DNA of 64,000 bases from Paraspadella gotoi. Taxonomy: Eukaryota > Animalia > Chaetognatha. Position numbers and translations under genes: made by a program. Where the stretch lies: assembly GCA_051294375.1 (NCBI GenBank), contig CM119265.1, positions 7,574,629 through 7,638,628 on the forward strand. The letters are read 5' to 3'. Positions 57,309 through 64,000 of the stretch are shown here, in pieces; the first letter of the stretch is position 1, and each line of letters starts with the position of its first letter. A model generated the notes under the pieces. The model ran no database searches. It had not been told where the DNA came from and saw nothing but the letters and a program-made list of their open reading frames with translations.

Positions 57309-58673
57309 GCCGCCCCTAGAACCACCCGCGGGACGAGGATTAGAGAGATGACATATTCTGATCATTCTCTTCCATTTTTAAGGGCTTTCTGAGATATTAA
57401 TATTTTTAATAAATATTTTGTAAAAAAAGCTAAAAGTTAAAAAAAAAATTTGAATTAAACAGTGAGTTGGAAAATGAAACCCGATTTTTAAAAGCATTGT
57501 TAGGCATATATTAACTGATCAATGTAAAATTTGAACACATAAATATTTTAATATTTTTCTACTCAACTAATTTTTAAAATCAATAATAAAATAAACCACT
57601 GGTTTGCAAATGACAGGGTTTTTTTACTGGCGCTTGTAAAATTGTCACCATGTAAACATATTTTCTCCGTTTTTTGAAGTTCATTTCCGTATGATTTCTT
57701 TAATTACTTCCCAAAACGAGCAAAATTCTTGTTTAAAAAAGAATTTAATTTTTTCTTCGTTAAGCCAAAAAAGAAATTCAAACATTATTACAACGTTATT
57801 AAGATAATTTGCGCTAATCATCAAATTAACGAAATTACTGCTTAATTCGTAAAAAAATTTTAAACGCGACGCATTTTCTCTTTCTTTTTTTCGTTCATTT
57901 TCTTATAATATATATTATATTATTATGACGGTTCTTTTATAGGAGGAAAAAGGACAAGAGCTTAGGCTAAGCGAAAAAAAAATTTTCAAACTCTTTTTTT
58001 AATTGCACTTGAAGTTGGTAAATTATTTTTTTATAAAATTTTATAACTTTTGTACTAAAGGATAATTACCATGAATACTAATTTTGCAAAATATAGACTC
58101 AATTCATACATCTATATGAAAAAGGATATCATAAACTGAGAGCTTTAATTTAAGACCACCGCCAACTTTCTTCGACTTTTGGTTAAAAGTTATAAAATCA
58201 AAAAATATTATTTATGAGAGTCTTCTTTTCATTTTTTCTAGTGATTCACCTCTTGTAGACAATTCTTTGATTTTGAACTTTTTTGTTTAGCATATTTTAT
58301 TACGCTTCTTGGGTTTGATAGAACGTTTTTTAAGGCTTTGATGCTTTTTATCTGCTCACTTCTGTTTTGTTTTAACGTTTCTTTTTGTGCTTCGTTGACG
58401 ATTTGTTAGTCCCTAAAACCACATGAGCAATTATATTGAAGAAACTTGATAATCCATAAACATTGCTGCGCCAAAACATGTAAATCACATTCAAGAGCTT
58501 AAACCTAACTCTTACTGTGCACTAATAATATTAGATATTTGCAAAAAATATTTTATTAATCAAAGTAATTATTATTTTTTGATATTAGTGGTAATAACCT
58601 TTCTTTTTTCGTTGTGTATGTATTTAGAGGCAAAATGGTTTTTAATTTACAACGAATTTTATTTTCATATAAA

Positions 58674-58715
58674 AACGTACTGTTTCGGCTTGGATGCAAG
58701 CCTGTCTTCAGCGTC
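58674..58715 (-). ncRNA. Minimal type I hammerhead ribozyme motif (Penelope-like element type)
   Basis: Minus strand reads GACG-CUGAAGA-CA-GGCUUG(CAUC)CAAGCC-GAAA-C-A-GUA-CGUU. This gives an intact catalytic core, a 6-bp stem II, a vestigial stem III, NUH = GUA and stem I GACG/CGUU. An A-rich AAAUAAA tract follows. Confidence 0.65.
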
Positions 58716-58767
58716 AATGATTTTGTGAAATTTTAGACAGTTTTTGTGAGGGAGAGAGAGAGAGAGA

Positions 58768-58813
<46 letters not shown>

Positions 58814-58943
58814 AATAGGGCAAAGTTTCCAGAGTGAGAAAAGAATAGTGGTCAGTGGTGAGGACAGGTTAAGAATGAGGACAGATAGAGATTTTATTTT
58901 GAATTAATTGTATTTTGACTTTCTTTTTTGCTATTTAAAATAG

Positions 58944-59094
58944 TTTAGAGATGAAACGAAAAATTCGTTGTAATAGCAATTTTTATTTTTACTATTGTAC
59001 ATGTTATGAAGACTCGTAATACTAAGAGTCAAAACATGTACAATAATAAAAATAAAAATTGCTATTACAACGAATTTTTCGTTTCATCTCTAAA
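58944..59094. repeat. ~150-bp near-perfect palindrome, probably a Penelope-like inverted end
   Basis: TTTAGAGATGAAACGAAAAATTCGTTGTAATAGCAATTTTTATTTTTA...TTGTACATGTT is mirrored by AACATGTACAA...TAAAAATAAAAATTGCTATTACAACGAATTTTTCGTTTCATCTCTAAA. Central hairpin GACTC-N10-GAGTC. Confidence 0.9.
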
Positions 59095-59685
59095 AGTTTT
59101 GAATAAGAAATGAAATGGTCAGAGTGAGAGAGATTGAGAGAGAGAGAGAGAGAAATAATAATACATTTCAAATGTACAACAATTAAAGTTTTAAACTAAA
59201 TAAACAGGCATTAACAATTAACTACTTAATAGATAAATAAATAAATAAGTTTAAGTGAAGGAGAAAATGAAATGTGAAAGTGAGAAGATACATTTAGTGT
59301 AAAGGATAAATTGTTAATAAAGTTAGAAACTAACTAATTAAACATTTGGATATCAATGTAATTTTTAAATAATTTTTCCGCTCGATAATTTTCCATTTTT
59401 AATTTCATTTTTCCGGACCGTGAAATTTAAAAAAGCAGAGCTTTAATCGCTAAGCAGCGCGACTTTAAAATCTACCGTATATTACAACAAAGTCTGTATA
59501 TTGTACAATTTACATAATATTTTATCGACGGCTTCTTTATTTCTATCTTCTTTTTTTAATGCCTCCCATTTTTTATTCGCCAAAAAATGACGGAAATAAA
59601 ATATAACCGAATGCATCGATCGAAATCATTTAAAAAACAAATTCAATTCGCAACCAACCAAAAAAACCGGAAAAATCGTAATCAG

Positions 59686-60210
59686 TACGCCAACTACGCC
59701 TCCCGGACTGGTGACGTCCCACTCGGCGGCGGCGTCCCACGCCACCCTCTCTCGCGGCGATTCGCGGGCGACGGGTTCAACGACGCCGCCGACGCCGCCG
59801 CCTTCAATGCCGAGCAGATGTCGCTGTTGTCCGCCATGGCCGAGGCCGAGGCTTCCGCCCGTATGCAGCAGCAAATCATGCATCAGCAGATTATCAGCAG
59901 CGGCCAGTACGGCGCCATGCAGCAACAGCAGCAGCAGCACTTCACCCTGGAGGGCGTGGCAGCTTCTCTCCGTCGGGGCGGCGGCACCCGATGGAACACC
60001 AGATGCAGGGCGGTCACCCTTACGGTCCATCACCATGACGAGGTCGTCCTCTGACGACGCGCTGCACTCCAGCGGAAGCGCCACCTTCGGAAGACGGTCA
60101 TGAACAAACTGGCCAGGGGTTCCACCCGCTCGTCTCTCTCTTTCAGGTTTGGAAGCGACCAAAATTGTTGGGTGAGATGAGGCCAGGGAGACGGTGGGTC
60201 ACGGAACGAG
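59686..60210 (+). CDS. Putative exon of an unidentified Gln/Ala/Gly-rich protein (apparent frameshift errors)
   Basis: Sharp GC3-rich switch after AG at 59684-59685. Reads YANYASRTGDVPLGGG...AAAFNAEQMSLLSAMAEAEASARMQQQIMHQQ..., then TMTRSSSDDALHSSGSATFGRR in a shifted frame. Donor candidate GAG/GTAGGT at 60211; boundaries uncertain. Confidence 0.6.
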
Positions 60211-60632
60211 GTAGGTTTGGAGGGACGAATTTGAAAGACAAACGCCAATCAATGAAATAAGCTGAACAATTGAACATAAATAAATAATTAAAGCAAGCTG
60301 ACTTGCTCTTCTCGACTGATCGAGACGAGGAAGCGAACTCTCGGAAGGAAGAAAACCAAAAAAAAAGCCGCGGGAGAAGATATTCACGTAACATAAGGAA
60401 TGAAAGGAATGGGGGGAAGGGAGGGGAGGGCTCGTCGTCGTCTCGAGTTTTTTTTCTTTTTTTTTTTTCTCGAGATGGAAAGAAAGAAGCACGAATTTCG
60501 CGCAAAATCGACGTCGCCGTCGATTATCTTCTGATTCGTCGTCGTATCTCCGTGAGTTCTCCGTTGGTTCGCCGTCTGTTCGTCGTAGAACCTCCCGGAG
60601 GTTTCCGCCCGTCGCGCTCGATCGCCGAGCAC

Positions 60633-60633
<1 letters not shown>

Positions 60634-60668
<35 letters not shown>

Positions 60669-60682
60669 TCTCAGTGTTCAGT
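60634..60682. repeat. (GCTCAGT)n heptamer repeat
   Basis: About 7 copies. Confidence 0.9.
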
Positions 60683-61000
60683 GAGCAGAGTCAGGAAAAC
60701 AACGCCGAGTCTCTTTGGGCAAAAAAAAAACACAAAAAAACTCTTTATTTGCTCGTTGACTTGAAGATTCGAGTAGCGTGATGAGTCCAACTCGACATCG
60801 ATTTTCGCAGATTCTTTTTTTAACATGATTTTTGTCTTTCCGTAATTATTTTCATAATTTTCGATAATTATATCCGAATAATGCATTTAATTATTATCAT
60901 TCATATTTCGGTTTAACTAAACGCAAAAAGATCGTTTCATGCTATTTTCGGTGAGAGTTAGGAAGGGAAATAATATGAACGAAGAAAATAAATAAAATGC

Positions 61001-61219
61001 GGCTATATTTTACTTTCGCCGACCGGGTTTTTGGCCTTTTTTTAAAAACTACTTAAAATATAATTCTATTTTTCAATTTTTTTTAAATTTATTACTTAAT
61101 TACCCTAACCCTTAACGCTTTTAACTCTAACCACCCCTAACCCTAAGCCACCCCTAAACACCCTTAACCCTAACCCCAAATCCTTAACCCTAACCCGTCG
61201 GCGAAAGTAAAATTAAACC
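61001..61219. mobile_element. Merlin-like MITE with internal telomere-like (CCCTAA) repeats
   Basis: GG...CC termini. TIR core ATTTTACTTTCGCCGAC (61007-61023) vs GTCGGCGAAAGTAAAAT (61197-61213). 8-bp TSD TAAAATGC at 60993-61000 and 61220-61227. CCCTAA variants at 61103-61196. Confidence 0.85.
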
Positions 61220-61299
61220 TAAAATGCGATAAAAAAAATTGTTTTCCCCTTTTCTAAGCCGCGATTCTCAAATATAAAAGGGTTCTTTACTTTCCTGTC

Positions 61300-62545
61300 A
61301 TGGCGACAAACTACAACGCCGCTACGGAAGCGACGACGACCGCCAAGATTCTAGCGGCGACAACGCCGACTTCCGGTTCAACTCTATCATCGGCGTCGCA
61401 ACGCAGCGCGTCGATGAGATGATTCATCTTTAAATCGGGCGGTGAGCTACGCCGGCGGTCGGGCGCGACGAACGAGACTCCGAGAAGGCGCCCGACAGAT
61501 CCGAGGGACGTCTCAAGATTGGATCGGAAATGGGCGCTTTGAAAATCGGGCGGACGCCCCCGGCTGCACGCCAAAATTCGCCACGTGGAGACTTGAAGCG
61601 AGAGACGAACGCGACGATGTCGTGGCATTGTAGGCACGGTTCCCTTTGGCGAAACGTTTGGAGGCGAACGAGTGGGACGAAGATGAGACGACGATGTCGA
61701 GAATGACGACGAGAAAAATCGATCTCGTCGGACACTCCCGACAATTCTCAAAAAACTGGAGTCGGTAGGCAGGATGTTCGCATTGGACACAATCGTGGGA
61801 ACCGACGACGCCGTCGGCGGAGACGTCGACCTTCGTCGTCATAATCTGAGACGTCGATTAACACGACGACGACGACGACGACGACGACGGCTTTGATTCA
61901 TTCAAGTCCGAAAGAGAAGCCAAGAAAATTTCTTTATTCCGATTCTGACACCGACGATGAAGATGATGATTATGATAATGACGATGATGATGACGATGAT
62001 GACGAGGAGGGGTTCCTTGCGGTCGACGAGAAAATGTTAGGCGAGAAGGTGAGAGATGACGACAACAACGAATTCCCAAAAACAAAATGAGTGTCGAGGA
62101 CGAACTGAAGAAAGATCCTCGAAGCCACCCCGCGTTCGAGTCACGGCGATGTCCCCTCTCAGACTCTCCATTCGAAGGCAAAGCGGAAAGGATCGTCGCA
62201 AGAGCGTCGACGAAGCTGGAAAAACAACCTCGCGCTGACCAACCGCCGAAGAGGTTGAGCGGACCGGTTCCCTCGTGATCGTCATCTCTCCCAGTTTGGA
62301 TGACCTCGCGGCTTTGCCGATCGAAGTTCCGGGACCGATGCGATCGATTCGCTCGACCTCGTCGACGAAGGACGAGAAAAAATGAAAAGAAGAAAAAGAA
62401 GAATGGGATAAGATGCTCGGATGTTGGGAACGGTTTTGGCGGCATTCTTGGCCTGCCCATCAAGTGGCAGATGTACAAAGACGAGGAGGAGTGCTGCATG
62501 ACATTTTGATCGGAAAAAGAGTTTTGGTGGAAACGGAAACTGGCA
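61300..62545 (+). CDS. Possible large low-complexity acidic exon (broken by indels)
   Basis: Chain of + strand fragments that read as protein: DDVENDDEKNRSRRTLPTILKKLESVGRMF..., LIHSSPKEKPRKFLYSDSDTDDEDDD...EFPKTK, MSVEDELKKDPRSHPAFES.... Splice boundaries not resolved. Confidence 0.35.
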
Positions 62546-62765
62546 CTGTGATTTTTTTTTTTTTTTTTTTTTTTTTGATGAGATAAAGATTGTTTTCATT
62601 TTCTAGAACTGGTGAGGTCGAATTTTAGTCTGAGAAGAAAATGATTACCCCAAGTATCTCAATTTTAACCCTCAATTCTTACCAGCAATTCAAAACTGTA
62701 ATATAATCCTCAATTCAAACCCTCAATTCAAAGCTTTAATCTCTGTTAATTTCTCTTCCCCACAG

Positions 62766-62845
62766 CATCTGAAGCATCCAGGCGGCCACAAAGGCGCTCT
62801 CGACGTTGATCGCCGCTCACGGAGGCATGCAGCAAAATTTGATGG
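62766..62845 (+). CDS. Internal exon of the unidentified gene (SIQAATKALSTLIAAHGGMQQNLMG)
   Basis: Acceptor TTTCTCTTCCCCACAG and donor GTGAGT at 62846. Needs one indel correction near its start. Confidence 0.75.
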
Positions 62846-62939
62846 GTGAGTCAGTCAGAAAACGCACATAAATTTTAATCTAATCATTTCAACATTATCA
62901 TTTTCTATCCTAATCTTTTTATATTCTTTACCTTCTCAG

Positions 62940-63068
62940 GACACGGAGGGCTGATGTCCGGACGCCACGGCAAATGATTCCCATGCAGCAGATGATGGTG
63001 TCGCCCACTCGCCAACTAGAGATCACGCGCCCAACACTTACCAGAGTCCGTACACACCATGGGAAGGG
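62940..63068 (+). CDS. Internal exon (HGGLMSGRHG-MIPMQQMMVSPTRQLEITRPTLTRVRTHHGKG)
   Basis: 94-nt AT-rich intron upstream, acceptor CCTTCTCAG, donor GTAAGT at 63069. Phase is consistent with both neighbours given one internal indel. Confidence 0.78.
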
Positions 63069-63191
63069 GTAAGTTTTTCAGGGACAAGGCTAATGAATTT
63101 GTGATTTGTGATTTAGATAAAAACTTCGTTCCGTTTTCACTTGTCTTCACTTTGTCTTCATTCCGTGACTCAAAATCACTCCGTCCTCCAG

Positions 63192-63345
63192 GATCCACCT
63201 TGCCAACGCTTCGCCCACTCACCGCGTGGACGGAGGCACGTTGACGCGCCAGCCGCGCATGCGTACGCACAAGGCACGCAGACTGGCGCGCAAAGCGGCG
63301 CCCGAGGTGGCAGTTCACCGAACAGGATCGTCATCCCGGGATCGG
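63192..63345 (+). CDS. Internal exon (IHLANASPTHRVDGGTLTRQPRMRTHKARRLARKAAPEVAVHRTGSSSRDR)
   Basis: 123-nt intron upstream, acceptor CCTCCAG, donor GTGAGT at 63346. Open frame in phase with the previous exon. Confidence 0.78.
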
Positions 63346-64000
63346 GTGAGTAAGAGACGGACGCTGGTGATTTTTGCTTCGGCGCCGGAGAATATCCTTG
63401 CAGCGGTGTTTTTGAATCACGGCGCTTTTGATGAAGATCCCAGACGATGTGTCCTGGTCTCCGATAGCGAGATAGGCTTTGGCTTTTGAACAAAAAAAAA
63501 ATTTAAAAATTTTAAAATTACGTTAATAAACCTAAAAATTTATGTTATTCCAAAAATAACTACATCATTGACATAACTGTTGCCGGTGTAGTGCGAGACG
63601 AGGGTATTTCAAAGTTTTATTCGACGGGACGCCGAGAAAGAAAAAAAAGAAAGTTGGAAAGAAGACAGAGAGGAAATGGAGACTTGAGAGTGAAGAGTCT
63701 CATTTGCATATTTGTCTGGAAATCGACGAAAGTTCGAATCCAAAAGGTGTTTTGATCGGGCACTGTCGGGCGCCGATATTCTTAATTATTTTTGTTACTT
63801 GATAATTTTAGCTTCAACGCTTCTACAGATTTTATTGTTGTTTTGATTTGGTTATCAGAAGTTTGATTTTTCTTTTAAATTATAGTGGAGAGCCTGTGGC
63901 AGACGGTACCTCGTTGTTAATGCCTGAGTTCCAATAAAATATGAAACTGACACTATAATAACAAACTGTAATTAGTATGTAAAAAAAGTATGTAAAGATT

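Noticed and set aside
59587-59685. ATG at 59587 as the gene start
   Set aside because: The first 99 nt are A-rich and compositionally intron-like. Coding-like bias starts only after the AG at 59685.
61103-61196. Telomere or chromosome end
   Set aside because: Short, degenerate and enclosed by TIRs and an 8-bp TSD, so it is internal to a MITE.

Overview
Eukaryotic (probably invertebrate animal) draft-genome sequence. It is dominated by (GA)n/(CT)n, (GAC)n and other microsatellites, N gaps (nine are exactly 25 N) and indel-rich duplicated blocks that look like long-read gap-filling artefacts. Almost all ORFs in the supplied track are microsatellite or gap artefacts. The only supportable protein-coding gene is an unidentified spliced + strand gene at about 59.7-63.3 kb; it carries frameshifts and is cut by an abrupt junction at about 63361. 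The clearest real structures are mobile-element related: an 818-bp TGT...ACA element with perfect 50-bp TIRs and a 5-bp TSD (Ginger-like); an LTR-like segment followed by an unusually long antisense match to mature tRNA-Leu; a Tc1 transposase C-terminal relic; a 2.2-kb element with GC-rich inverted ends and a broken ORF inside a (GA)n tract; a Penelope-type minimal hammerhead ribozyme next to a 150-bp palindrome; a Merlin-like MITE filled with telomere-like repeats; and two ~74-80-bp minisatellites. Several motif-dense candidate regulatory blocks are also present. There is no CRISPR array, rRNA or intact tRNA gene. All alignments were done by eye and no database search was possible.
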